From Acidobacteriota bacterium (GTDB lineage: Bacteria; Acidobacteriota; Thermoanaerobaculia; Multivoradales; UBA5704), in contig JBDTZG010000044.1 of NCBI GenBank assembly GCA_040005235.1, forward strand, positions 1 to 47,187: a stretch of DNA of 47,187 bases. The letters are read 5' to 3'. The notes beneath the pieces were generated by a model. It was given only the letters and a program-made list of their open reading frames with translations. It did not search any database and was not told the origin of the DNA. The position numbers and the translations under genes were made by a program. Positions 18,770 through 28,015 of the stretch are shown in pieces (positions within the stretch are counted from its first letter, which is position 1; each line of letters begins with the position of its first letter).

Positions 18770-19167
18770 ACGATTTCCTTTCCCTGAGCGCCGCGGCATT
18801 GCGACGCTGTTGACCTCTTCACCCCAGGTAGTGGGATGAAGGTGGCGGAAATCGCACCTCTTGAGAGGAAGCCTTGCCCAGAGCATTTCGGTTCGTCCCC
18901 ATCCACTCTTTCTCTCGCACTCTCTCAATAGATATCCCGGTCTTTATACGATGCTGAGCTTCGGCTCGGCTGCGTTACAGGCCGACGGCACGCTCGTCTC
19001 CTTTGGCCGGGGCCTTCCCGCCGAGTTTCTGAGAAAACGGACACGCGAGCGTGGGTCCCGGGCGGTTTGGCTCGCTCCGGCTCGTAACGCGCACCGTTCT
19101 TACCAGGAAGCCCGGCTCGGGTTCGGCATTTCGCCGCCCCACCATGCCGGCTCGAAAGGAAAACGAG

Positions 19168-19338
19168 ATGAAGAGGAAGAGCTGCGCCCTGAAGCTCCAC
19201 CGCGAGACCCTGAAGGCACTCGACAGTCGGACGCTCGAACCCGCCGTTGCGGGCGTCACGGGTCCGAAAGCCTGCGAGTGGAGCGGCTATCAGACCTGCG
19301 CTACCTGCGGTGCGACTTGCGGGACGAACCTCTGCTGA
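19168..19338 (+). CDS. Putative RiPP (lanthipeptide-like) precursor, 56 aa
   Basis: GAAAGGA RBS; leader MKRKSCALKLHRETLKALD...VAG; core VTGPKACEWSGYQTCATCGATCGTNLC (5 Cys, 5 Thr, 1 Ser); followed by a hairpin. Confidence 0.7.
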   Translation: MKRKSCALKLHRETLKALDSRTLEPAVAGVTGPKACEWSGYQTCATCGATCGTNLC

Positions 19339-19355
19339 GCGAATCGATTTCTAGG

Positions 19356-19386
19356 TCCCCTGCCCGAAGCCGGTACGGGCAGGGGA
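19356..19386 (+). terminator. Stem-loop downstream of the precursor peptide gene
   Basis: TCCCCTGCCCG-N9-CGGGCAGGGGA, a perfect 11-bp stem with no U-tract. Confidence 0.5.
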
Positions 19387-19572
19387 ATGAAGGCTCTAGC
19401 TGCACCACCAGCACGGAGGAATGTGGCTTCATGGGAACCTCCTTCTCGATCCCGCGGGCGGGATTTCGCGACGCGGGGTCCTCGCCTCGCCCACCAGGTC
19501 GAAACCTTGCAGTTGCTGTAGCCCAACTTCGGCCTATGCAACCGGAAAACCACAGGCTGATACGCTCTCGGA

Positions 19573-20001
19573 ATGACTCCCCCGCTCGTCGGTCCCGCCG
19601 TCGTCCTTGTGCTCGCAGCGCTCTCTCTGCTCCACGTCTTCTGGGGTTTCGGTGGAAGGATCGGATGGCTGGCCGTGGTACCCGAGGTCGACCGCAAACC
19701 TCTGTTCGTTCCGACCCAAGCGCAGTCGTTCGCCGTCGCCGCGGGGCTCGCGCTCGCGGCGTTGACGGTCGCGGGTGCCGCGGGAATGATTTCGCTGCCC
19801 GTTCCGAAAGGGTTTCTGCGCGGTACGACGTATGTGATCGCCGCGGTCTTCTTACTTCGCGCGATCGGAGAATTTCGCCACGTTGGATTCTTCAAGCGCA
19901 ACCGCGGCACCCGCTTCGCGCGGCTCGACACGTTCCTCTTCTCGCCTCTTTGCATGGCGCTCGCGGCCGGGGCGTGGCTGGTGGCCAAGATCGCCGTGTG
20001 A
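19573..20001 (+). CDS. DUF3995-like membrane protein
   Basis: LHVFWGFGG, LRAIGEFRHVGFFK, FARLDTFLFSPLC; 4 TM segments. Confidence 0.85.
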   Translation: MTPPLVGPAVVLVLAALSLLHVFWGFGGRIGWLAVVPEVDRKPLFVPTQAQSFAVAAGLALAALTVAGAAGMISLPVPKGFLRGTTYVIAAVFLLRAIGEFRHVGFFKRNRGTRFARLDTFLFSPLCMALAAGAWLVAKIAV

Positions 20002-20204
20002 AGCTCGGCCAGGATGACCGTCGGGCGGCGCCGAGCCGACGCGGTCGAAGGGGTCTCGGCCCGGCACTTTCGCCGGTTCCCGGCCGAGTCTCCCCCCTAG
20101 GGAGGGAAAAAGGGAGGCCAATCCCTTTTTGTCTTCCTCTCCCGAGAGGATGGTCTTATAGAAACCGTATCTGTATTATTGGAACGAATCTCGGAGGAAC
20201 CCCC

Positions 20205-20277
20205 GGACAGGGCACGGTCGCGATGTGCTCCCGGGCGCTCAAGGCCGGGGCGGTCGACTTCCTCGAGAAGCCCTTCT
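20205..20277 (+). pseudogene. Remnant of a FixJ-type response regulator receiver domain
   Basis: Isolated GQGTVAMCSRALKAGAVDFLEKPF with no start and no flanking domain. Confidence 0.6.
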
Positions 20278-20496
20278 GCCACGAAACGTTCAACGTGCCG
20301 AGCAGCAACAACCGAGCTGACACGCACCAGTCGTTCCGGCTCACCAGGGGCGCCGCAGATCGCGGCGCCCCTTCCTGCCTATGCGGAGTAATGATCGGGT
20401 CAGTCCACCAGGTCTCCCGCCCGTTCCGGAGCGATCACCTCGCCGCTCGGCGATGTCCGCGAACCATCGTGCGGACCAAAGAAAAGGAGATGTCTC

Positions 20497-22887
20497 ATGC
20501 TATCGATGACGAGAAGCGTAGTTGCCGGTGTCCTCCTCCTGGCGTGCCTCGTTGGATTCACCGTTGCCGCCCCCGCTATTGCCGGAACGGCGGCGCCGTC
20601 GGTCGACCGCGAGCCGTGGATCGCGGTGTTCTCGGGCGACCTGGAGCCGAACCTCCACAAGGCCTCGATCTCGATCTGGGATCGCGAGGAGGACGTGGTG
20701 ATCGCCGGGCTTTCGATTCGCCAGCTGGACGCGCTGCGCGCTCGGGGCATCGAGCCGATGTGGAGCGCCCCGGATCGTGGCGAGGCGATCCACGTCTTGA
20801 GCTACGACCGCAGCTTTGAACCGCCCGCCTGGAAGGGTGTGGTCCGCTTCTCGATCAACAGCCAGGCGATGCTCTACCTACTGCCCGCGGGCTTTGACCA
20901 GGAGCTGCCGCACCTCAAGTGGCACGCCCTCTTCCATGGCGTACCGCGCGTCGCGCTCTCCCCCGTCCAAAGGCACCCCGCCGACGTTCTGACCGAAGCC
21001 GCGGGGCCGGAACCGTCAGCCCCGATCGCGCTCGTGCAGCAGATCGTCGACGCCACCAGCCAGACGAGCTGGTTCCAGTTCGTCCGCGACCTCTCCGGCG
21101 ATAGCGACGTGACGATCCCCGGTTTCTGCACCAACTGCCGCATCCGCACCCGCGCCTCCAACTACATGTTCCCGCTCAACAACACCGGCACACCCCTCGG
21201 CAATCCGTTCGCCAGCGAGTACCTGGAGAACAAGGCGGCCGGCTGGGGTTTCACCGCTCCGAACGCGGCGCGCGAGAGCTACACCTCGGCCAACTCGGGC
21301 TGCACGACGCGGCAGGGATCGCAGACCTGGCAGAACCTGGTCTTCACCCTACCGGCGCAGGTCGACTACGCACAGAACCAGCAGGTCATCTTCCTCGTCC
21401 ACTACGACACCATCTCGGAGAGCGGCGCCAACGACGCCAACAACTCGCCGGGTGCGGACGATGCGATCTCCGGCGGCACGGCGCTGCTCGAAGCGATGCG
21501 CCTGTTCAAGGACTACGCCTGGCGCTATCCCGTCAAATTCCTGTTCGTCAGCGGCGAAGAGGTCGGGCTGTGCGGCTCGACCGCCTACACCCGCATGCAT
21601 CCGACCGCGCCGATGTGGCGCGTGCTCAACATGGACCAGACCGCGTTTGACGGAAACAAGAACGGCCTGATGAACCTTTACAACTGGAGCACCGCGAGCT
21701 GCCCTTCGTGCGTCGCGTTCGGCGACGCCTTCGTGCAGGCCAACTCCGACTACGGCACCATCATCGCCCCCGCCAAGATCGTGCGCAATACGACCAAGAT
21801 GTGCCAGACCGATCACTGCCCGTTCTGGAACGTCGGCGTGACCGCGATCGATCTCAACGAGGATCTGACCAACAACGACATCTGCCCCTGTTTCGATCAG
21901 TTCCAGACCTCGACCTGTCGCGACACGATCAACCAGTTCTATCCCGTCGGCGGCTCGGTCTTGATGTTCGACCAGAACTTCTCCTGGCCGACCGAGAAGG
22001 CGGCGATCGCGCTGATCGCCCACACCGCCGAGCCGCTCTACGCCTGCCCCGCCGCGGGCGCTTCGGTGAGCGCCACGGCGACCGCGCAGCAGGTAACGCT
22101 CGCCTGGGCCGACGTGCCGCCGGTGACCCAATACGTGGAGGAGCGGGCGGCCGGCGGCTGCGCCGGCACCTTCGCCGGGATCGCTTCGACCGCCACCGCG
22201 GGGTATGTGGACGGAGCCGTCGTCGCCGGCTCGACCTACGGCTATCGCGTCCGCACCTGTCCGTTCCAGGTGAGCAACTGCGTGGAGCAAACCGTACCCG
22301 GCACCCCTCCCACCCAGGTCACCTTCACCTCCGTCGCCGCGCAGGACGGCTGGGTCTTGGAGTCGGGCGAGACCACCAACGTCGGTGGCTCGATCGACGT
22401 CAACGCCACTTCCACCAGCGCCTTGCGGTTGGGCGACGACAACAAGGACAAGCAGTACAAGAGCGTCGTCTCGTTCGATACCTCGTCGATCCCCGACGGC
22501 GCGACCATCCTCTCGGCGACCCTGCGGTTGCAGCGCGGTACCGTCTCGGGGACCAGCCCGTTCAACACCCATGGCACCTGTTGGGTCGACGTACAGGGCA
22601 CCACCGGCCTCTCGGGCTCGACGACGCTTCAGACCGGCGACTTCCAGGCCGCGGCGACGGCGGCGCAGGCGACCAGCCTGTCCAATGCCGCGAGCAACGG
22701 CACCTGGTCCACCGGGGATTTGAACGCCGCGGGGCTTGCCGTGCTCAACAAGACCGGGACGACGCAGCTTCGCGCCTACTTCAACTTGGACGACAATGAC
22801 GACACCGGCGCCGACTTCATCGGCTACTACTCCGGCGACAACGGCACCGCCGGCAACCGGCCGCAGTTGGTGGTCACTTACCAGTAG
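20497..22887 (+). CDS. Secreted M28 family metallopeptidase with Fn3-like and C-terminal DNRLRE/CBM96-like domains
   Basis: AAGGAG RBS, signal peptide, HYDT, GADD, GEEVGL, LNMD, TDH; C-terminal SFDTSSIPDGATILSATLRL...RPQLVVTY. Confidence 0.85.
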   Translation: MLSMTRSVVAGVLLLACLVGFTVAAPAIAGTAAPSVDREPWIAVFSGDLEPNLHKASISIWDREEDVVIAGLSIRQLDALRARGIEPMWSAPDRGEAIHVLSYDRSFEPPAWKGVVRFSINSQAMLYLLPAGFDQELPHLKWHALFHGVPRVALSPVQRHPADVLTEAAGPEPSAPIALVQQIVDATSQTSWFQFVRDLSGDSDVTIPGFCTNCRIRTRASNYMFPLNNTGTPLGNPFASEYLENKAAGWGFTAPNAARESYTSANSGCTTRQGSQTWQNLVFTLPAQVDYAQNQQVIFLVHYDTISESGANDANNSPGADDAISGGTALLEAMRLFKDYAWRYPVKFLFVSGEEVGLCGSTAYTRMHPTAPMWRVLNMDQTAFDGNKNGLMNLYNWSTASCPSCVAFGDAFVQANSDYGTIIAPAKIVRNTTKMCQTDHCPFWNVGVTAIDLNEDLTNNDICPCFDQFQTSTCRDTINQFYPVGGSVLMFDQNFSWPTEKAAIALIAHTAEPLYACPAAGASVSATATAQQVTLAWADVPPVTQYVEERAAGGCAGTFAGIASTATAGYVDGAVVAGSTYGYRVRTCPFQVSNCVEQTVPGTPPTQVTFTSVAAQDGWVLESGETTNVGGSIDVNATSTSALRLGDDNKDKQYKSVVSFDTSSIPDGATILSATLRLQRGTVSGTSPFNTHGTCWVDVQGTTGLSGSTTLQTGDFQAAATAAQATSLSNAASNGTWSTGDLNAAGLAVLNKTGTTQLRAYFNLDDNDDTGADFIGYYSGDNGTAGNRPQLVVTYQ

Positions 22888-22927
22888 CAGGTGGGTAGTA
22901 GCGCCCACGTCCCCCTCGGCCTCCTCC

Positions 22928-24133
22928 TTAGCGAGAAGGCCGAGGGCTGACCAAACCGAAGCCGCGCAGTTGCTCGAGCAGGTACTCGGCCACTAGCTGA
23001 TTGGCCAGCGGGCTGAAGTGCCCCGGAATGAGATCGTCGACCGGGTGATCGTTGGCGGCGGCATCGAGGGCTGTCATCGCATCGACCACTCGGTACCTCT
23101 TGGTGGCAAGGAACTTTAGGAGCGGCGTGTAGCGTTTGGTGTGCGTGCTGCGCCAGCGGTCGAGATCACCGCGTTCGGGAAAGATCAAGATGACCGGCTG
23201 CGCTCCGTCGCGTAGCGCCATCTCGTAAAACGAGGTGAACAGACCGGTGGTCACGCGAAACGCCTCGCCGTCGGTGTTGTAGTACCCGCGGCGTACGATC
23301 CCAGTGTCTGGCGAGAGGTGCTCCCTCGCGAGTTTCGCGAGTCGCACCGCAGCGCTGCCGTCGAACGCTCGGGCGCGGAGCCGCGTGCGGTAAAAATAAT
23401 CGTGGCGTCCCAGCAGCGCGAGCGTCTCGGCAGGGCGCGCCAGGAGGCGGCGGTAGTCTGCAAGGAGCGGTAGCGGGTTGCCGACCAGGATCGGGTCAGG
23501 CCGACCCGGCAGGCCCGGTAGATACCGCGGCTTCGCCAAGGGCACCTGACTCAGCGGCATATAGAAGGGCCGGAACACGCTCACGTTGCGGAAGATATTC
23601 TCCGACATGAAGCCGATGACCACGATCTGCGGGTGGGCCGGCCTGCCCTCCCGCTGATAGCGAAGGAAGGCCTGATCGAGACCGTAGGCGGGTACGCCGA
23701 AGTTCTCGACCGAGAGCCCGGCGTCCAACCGCGCCAGCACTTCTGGATAGGCGTCGCGATCGGCAACGTCGCCGCCGAAGGTGAAGGAGTCGCCGAAAGT
23801 CGCCACTCGAACCGCGGGCGCGACCGGTTGCGGACGCTCGGGGTCTCGACGCCGTCCGTCGACGTCGACAGTGGAGAGCTCCGAGCGGAAACCCGGTCGT
23901 AGCGTCCAGCCGAGAACCGCGTCGTGCTGGAAGAGCGAGGGACGTCCGGCCAGCAGGTCCTCCAGCAACTCGCGATGCTTCGCACTCAGCCGGTCGACGA
24001 CGAGCGGCCGGTACTCGATCCCGCGCCGCTCCAGCAGGACCAAGCCGGCGCGCGAACCAAGCTCGACCGCCGCAGCGGTCATCCCGAGGAAAAGCGCCAC
24101 CACCAGGAGGCGGCGGGCAGGTGTACGGTGCAT
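22928..24133 (-). CDS. SGNH/GDSL hydrolase family protein with N-terminal anchor
   Basis: Block I FGDSFT, block II NFGVPAYG, C-terminal GHFSP. Confidence 0.85.
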   Translation of the reverse strand: MHRTPARRLLVVALFLGMTAAAVELGSRAGLVLLERRGIEYRPLVVDRLSAKHRELLEDLLAGRPSLFQHDAVLGWTLRPGFRSELSTVDVDGRRRDPERPQPVAPAVRVATFGDSFTFGGDVADRDAYPEVLARLDAGLSVENFGVPAYGLDQAFLRYQREGRPAHPQIVVIGFMSENIFRNVSVFRPFYMPLSQVPLAKPRYLPGLPGRPDPILVGNPLPLLADYRRLLARPAETLALLGRHDYFYRTRLRARAFDGSAAVRLAKLAREHLSPDTGIVRRGYYNTDGEAFRVTTGLFTSFYEMALRDGAQPVILIFPERGDLDRWRSTHTKRYTPLLKFLATKRYRVVDAMTALDAAANDHPVDDLIPGHFSPLANQLVAEYLLEQLRGFGLVSPRPSR

Positions 24134-24172
24134 CGCGTCCGGGAGCCTAGCCCAACTTCGGCGGTTTTGAAG

Positions 24173-24201
24173 CCCCTACCCGTTCCGAGACCGGGCAGGG
24201 G
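24173..24201. repeat. Stem-loop nearly identical to the one at 19357-19385
   Basis: CCCCTACCCG-N9-CGGGCAGGGG followed by AAT. Confidence 0.5.
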
Positions 24202-24295
24202 AATCGACTCGCCATGGCACCATCAGCGGCTCGGCCTGCTCCAGGCCTACCCGATCGTCCGCTTCGTCAACGATCTCTGGGTGGCTTGGGGGGAC

Positions 24296-25195
24296 TCAGA
24301 TGCAGGTGCAGTTGCCAGGGTTCCAGATGTGGCCAGCCAGGCGGCAGCTCTCCGCCGCGAACGGGTCGCAGGGCGCCGGGAAATTCAACGTCTGGTTGAA
24401 GGTGCAGAGCCTGAACGCCTGGGTGAACGGCGCCGGCCAGTTCACGTTCGCTATGACGCCCTGGTCGTCCCAGGTGGAGTTCGGCTGGCAGCGGATCTCG
24501 CGCTTGAAGTTGGTGTAGTAGTGGCCATAATTTTGGCTGTAGAACTGGTACAGCGGGTAGCCCAGGTTGCTCCCGGCGGGCCACACGTACCCGGCGATCC
24601 CGCCGTAGACGTAGTCGCCGCCGTAATTGCCGTAATAGGTCGAGTAGTAGAAGCCTCGCTGTGTGCTCCAGCGGTGCAGCGGCACCTGTCCCTGCAACTG
24701 CGAGGTGGAGATGATCCCTACGTTCCCGTCGGCAACCGTGAAACGGCCGAAGCCGTTGAACTCGGCCGGATTCCAAGTCAGGAACGACTGCCCTTTGTAG
24801 CCGCCGCCGCCGCCGAAGCGCCTGAGCTCTGCGCCGCTCGCGACGCCGATGTGGTTGTAAGCGCAATCGCCCTGCCGGTCCCAGCCATCGCACAACGCGT
24901 GCCCGTCGCCGGACGGCGGCGGCGGCGGTGGCGGGTCCGAGGGGCCACAGCCGCTCAGGCACGAGTTGAGCGGGCCGTCGCATTGGTTGTAGCAGTCGTT
25001 CCGCTGGTTGTCGCACCCCCACCAGCCGCTGTTCGAGCAGTCGTAATACTGCTGGTCGCAGTAGCTCGTGCACGAGCTGTAGTCGCTGTAGCAAGTGTCT
25101 TGGCAGGCCTGGCCGAAGGCCTGCGGTACGACGAGGAAGAAACCGGCCGCGAGAAGGCTCGCGGCGAGACCTCGGCGAATGCTCCTGGCTTTCAT
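24296..25195 (-). CDS. Secreted cysteine-rich multidomain protein (Cys-repeat region, poly-Pro linker, DUF5648-like aromatic domain)
   Basis: AAAGGAG RBS; signal peptide; CxxxC repeats; seven-Pro run; VPLHRW..YYST / YPLYQFY..HYYT repeats. Confidence 0.8.
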   Translation of the reverse strand: MKARSIRRGLAASLLAAGFFLVVPQAFGQACQDTCYSDYSSCTSYCDQQYYDCSNSGWWGCDNQRNDCYNQCDGPLNSCLSGCGPSDPPPPPPPSGDGHALCDGWDRQGDCAYNHIGVASGAELRRFGGGGGYKGQSFLTWNPAEFNGFGRFTVADGNVGIISTSQLQGQVPLHRWSTQRGFYYSTYYGNYGGDYVYGGIAGYVWPAGSNLGYPLYQFYSQNYGHYYTNFKREIRCQPNSTWDDQGVIANVNWPAPFTQAFRLCTFNQTLNFPAPCDPFAAESCRLAGHIWNPGNCTCI

Positions 25196-25264
25196 GATGC
25201 TCTCCTTTCGCCACGGGTCGATAAAGTGTGGCCTCCTCAACGCGAGAAACCGCGGCGAAAGCGA

Positions 25265-28015
25265 TCAACCAGGCAGCTTGGTGCGGTAGGCCGCGGCGGC
25301 CTGGGCGTCGCCGCGGGCCTCGTGGAAGGCGATCAGCCGCCGGCCGGCGGCCACGGTCTTGCGGTGGCTCGGTCCCCGGGTCGTCGCCAGGGTCTCGTAG
25401 CCGGCGGTCAGGAGCGGCTCGGCCGCCGCCGCCTTTCCCCGCGCCGCCAGGCACTCTCCGAGCTGACTCTGCGCCTCGGCGGTCCGCCAATGGGCATCCG
25501 ACAGCGCAACGTGGAGCACCCCCAAGCCCTGGCGCATCAAGGGCTCCGCCTGAGCCGGTGCGCCGCGGGCGAGCCGGAGAGATCCGAGGAGCATCAGCGA
25601 GGACCCGACGTCCGGGTGCGCCTCGCCGAGCGTCCGGCGTCGGATGGCGAGGGCCTGCTGGGCCAGGGGCTCGGCAGCCGCGGGATCTCCCTGCTGGGCC
25701 AGCAGGTTGGCGAGATTGGCCAGCGCGGTACCGACCCTCGGATGTGTCTCGCTCAAGGTCCGGCGGAAGATGCGCAGTGACTCCTCGTAGAGCGGTCGGG
25801 CCTGGGCGAGGTCACCTTTCTCATCCAGGACCATGGCCAGGGTATTGAGCCCTCTCGCGACCTGCTCGTGCTCGCCGCCCAGCAGCCGCCGCCGAATGTC
25901 GAGCGCCTCGCGCGCCATTCGCTCGGCTTCCTCGTGCTTGCCGCGCACGGACAGGACGCCGGCGAAGTTGTTGAGGAACAATGCCACTTGGGGGTGCTCC
26001 CTGCCGTAGACCCGTTCGCCGACGGCCAGGGTCTCACGGAAGCTCGCTTCGGCGGCGGCGAAGTTCCCACGGTCGCTCTGCAGCATGGCCAGGTTGTTGA
26101 GCTCGATGACGATCTGAGGGTGCGGCCCGCCGTAGACCCGACGAAAGATCGCCAGGCTCTCGCGGTACAGCGCTTCCGCCGCGGCGAGGTCCCCCTTCTG
26201 CTTCATCAGCAGCCCAAGGTTTCCGAGATTGCTCCCGACTTCTTCATGGTCGTTGCCGTAGTGCTTGCGGTTGATGGCGAGGTCCTCACGAAGCAACGGC
26301 TCGGCGGCATCGAATTTCGCGTCCGTGATGAACACCAGGCCGAGGGCGTTGAGACCCTCCGCCACCGCCGGATCGGCGCCGCCGAGCCGCGTCCGGCGCA
26401 TCTCGATGACCTGGCGCAAGGTGGTCTCCGCGACGCCCAGCTCGCCGCGCGCCCAATGGAGCTTGCCCAGCGCAAAGAGGGTCTCGACCACCTCGGGGTG
26501 TGAAGGGCCGAAGACTCGCCGTCCCACTCTCAGCGACTGCTTGAGCAGCGCGAGCGAACGGTCATAGACGCCGAGGCCGGCATAGGAGCGGCCGATCCTG
26601 CCGGCGAGCACGGCCTGGAGCTCCGGCTGGCCGACCAGCTCGGAGTTGATCCTCGCCGCGCCGCGCTCGAGGACCTCACGGGCGGTGACGGTCTCGCCGC
26701 GTGCCTGGCTCGGATCGGCGACGGAGAAAACCTCCTCCAAGAAGTCCGCCACCTGCACGGCATTGTCCCGCTCGCGCCGGATCTCGTCGCGCTGGCGGGC
26801 GAGGCGCACCGCCTGGACGGTCATGCTGGCCGTAAGCCCGAGGAATACCAGGGCGAGCATTGCCGCCACGCCGACGCCCAGCCGATGGCGGCGCGCGAAC
26901 TTGCCCACGCGGTAGCCGACAGTCGCCGGGCGCGCCAGCACCGGCAGGCCCGCGCGATGACGCCGCAGATCCTCGGACAACAACCCTACGGAGGCGTAGC
27001 GCAGCGCGGGCTCCTTGCGCAGCGCGGTCAGGACGATGTTGTCGAGGTCGCCGGCCAACTGGCGGGCGAGCTTCCGCGGGCCGACGGCGCTGCTTGGCCG
27101 CTCCGGCTGCTGCTCCACAACCGCTTGTTCGATCGCCCCCACCCGCTCGCCGTTCAGGCGGTACGGCAGGCGGCCGGCCAACAGCACATAGAGCAGGACG
27201 CCCAAGGAGTAGACGTCGCTCGCGGTGGTGACCGGCTTGCCTTCCACCTGCTCGGGGCTCGCATAGTCCGGCGTCATCAGACGCTGGCCGGTCGTGGTCT
27301 CGGCCGCCCGCAGCAGTGCGCTGTCGCCCAGGAGCTTGGCGATCCCGAAGTCGAGCAGGTGCGGCACGCCGTCGGAGGTAACCAGGATGTTCGACGGCTT
27401 GATGTCACGGTGGACCACCAGATTCTGGTGCGCGTACTCCACCGTCGAGCAGACCTGGCGGAACAGGTCGATGCTCTCGCCGATACCCAACCGATGCTCA
27501 TCGCAGTAGCGGTCGATCGGTGCGCCGTCGACGTATTCCATGACCAGGTACGGAAGCCCTTCGGCGGTGGTGCCGCCGTCGAGCAGGCCGGCGATGTTGA
27601 GGTGGTCGAGCGAGGCCAGGATCTGCCGCTCGGCGCGGAATCGCTCGCGGAGGTCGGCGCGCTCCGCGCCGTAGGCGAAGACCTTGATGGCGACGTGTCG
27701 CCGGTACTCCCCGTCGGCACGCACCGCGAGATAGACGGTGCTCATGCCGCCCTCGCCGAGCTGCCGCTCGACGGAATAGGGGCCGAACCGGCGCCCGACC
27801 GCCGAAGGCGGCGGCGGAGAGACGGCCGGCGCCAGCGCCGGCTGCTCGAGGAAGTCGCCGCTAGCAAAGTCGGCGGCGAGGAGAGACTCGACCTCCCGTT
27901 GCAGGTCTTCGTCGTCGCCGCAGCGCCGCGCGAGGCAATCTGCCCGGTCCTCGGCCGGCAGCGCACCGACCTCTGCGAAGATCGTTTCAATCTCGCGCCA
28001 GCGCTCAGTGGCCAT
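25265..28015 (-). CDS. Hanks-type Ser/Thr protein kinase, single TM, with extracytoplasmic TPR array
   Basis: GEGGMSTVY, VAIK, HRDIKPSN, DFG, TPDYASPEQ; TM segment; kinesin-light-chain-like TPRs (G.EHP..A..LNN). Confidence 0.95.
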   Translation of the reverse strand: MATERWREIETIFAEVGALPAEDRADCLARRCGDDEDLQREVESLLAADFASGDFLEQPALAPAVSPPPPSAVGRRFGPYSVERQLGEGGMSTVYLAVRADGEYRRHVAIKVFAYGAERADLRERFRAERQILASLDHLNIAGLLDGGTTAEGLPYLVMEYVDGAPIDRYCDEHRLGIGESIDLFRQVCSTVEYAHQNLVVHRDIKPSNILVTSDGVPHLLDFGIAKLLGDSALLRAAETTTGQRLMTPDYASPEQVEGKPVTTASDVYSLGVLLYVLLAGRLPYRLNGERVGAIEQAVVEQQPERPSSAVGPRKLARQLAGDLDNIVLTALRKEPALRYASVGLLSEDLRRHRAGLPVLARPATVGYRVGKFARRHRLGVGVAAMLALVFLGLTASMTVQAVRLARQRDEIRRERDNAVQVADFLEEVFSVADPSQARGETVTAREVLERGAARINSELVGQPELQAVLAGRIGRSYAGLGVYDRSLALLKQSLRVGRRVFGPSHPEVVETLFALGKLHWARGELGVAETTLRQVIEMRRTRLGGADPAVAEGLNALGLVFITDAKFDAAEPLLREDLAINRKHYGNDHEEVGSNLGNLGLLMKQKGDLAAAEALYRESLAIFRRVYGGPHPQIVIELNNLAMLQSDRGNFAAAEASFRETLAVGERVYGREHPQVALFLNNFAGVLSVRGKHEEAERMAREALDIRRRLLGGEHEQVARGLNTLAMVLDEKGDLAQARPLYEESLRIFRRTLSETHPRVGTALANLANLLAQQGDPAAAEPLAQQALAIRRRTLGEAHPDVGSSLMLLGSLRLARGAPAQAEPLMRQGLGVLHVALSDAHWRTAEAQSQLGECLAARGKAAAAEPLLTAGYETLATTRGPSHRKTVAAGRRLIAFHEARGDAQAAAAYRTKLPG

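Noticed and set aside
18861-20819. 652-aa ORF
   Set aside because: Arg/Pro/Ser-rich shadow frame overlapping three better-supported genes; only the short FixJ-like stub looks real
19168-24133. Complete RiPP biosynthetic cluster (precursor, DUF3995, M28 peptidase, SGNH)
   Set aside because: No dehydratase, cyclase, radical SAM enzyme or exporter; the genes are separated by hairpins and remnants
23924-25780. 618-aa plus-strand ORF and similar long antisense ORFs (14802-16427, 21349-22908, 35320-36990, 37234-38871, 44950-46506)
   Set aside because: Antisense shadows of motif-supported genes, expected at high GC
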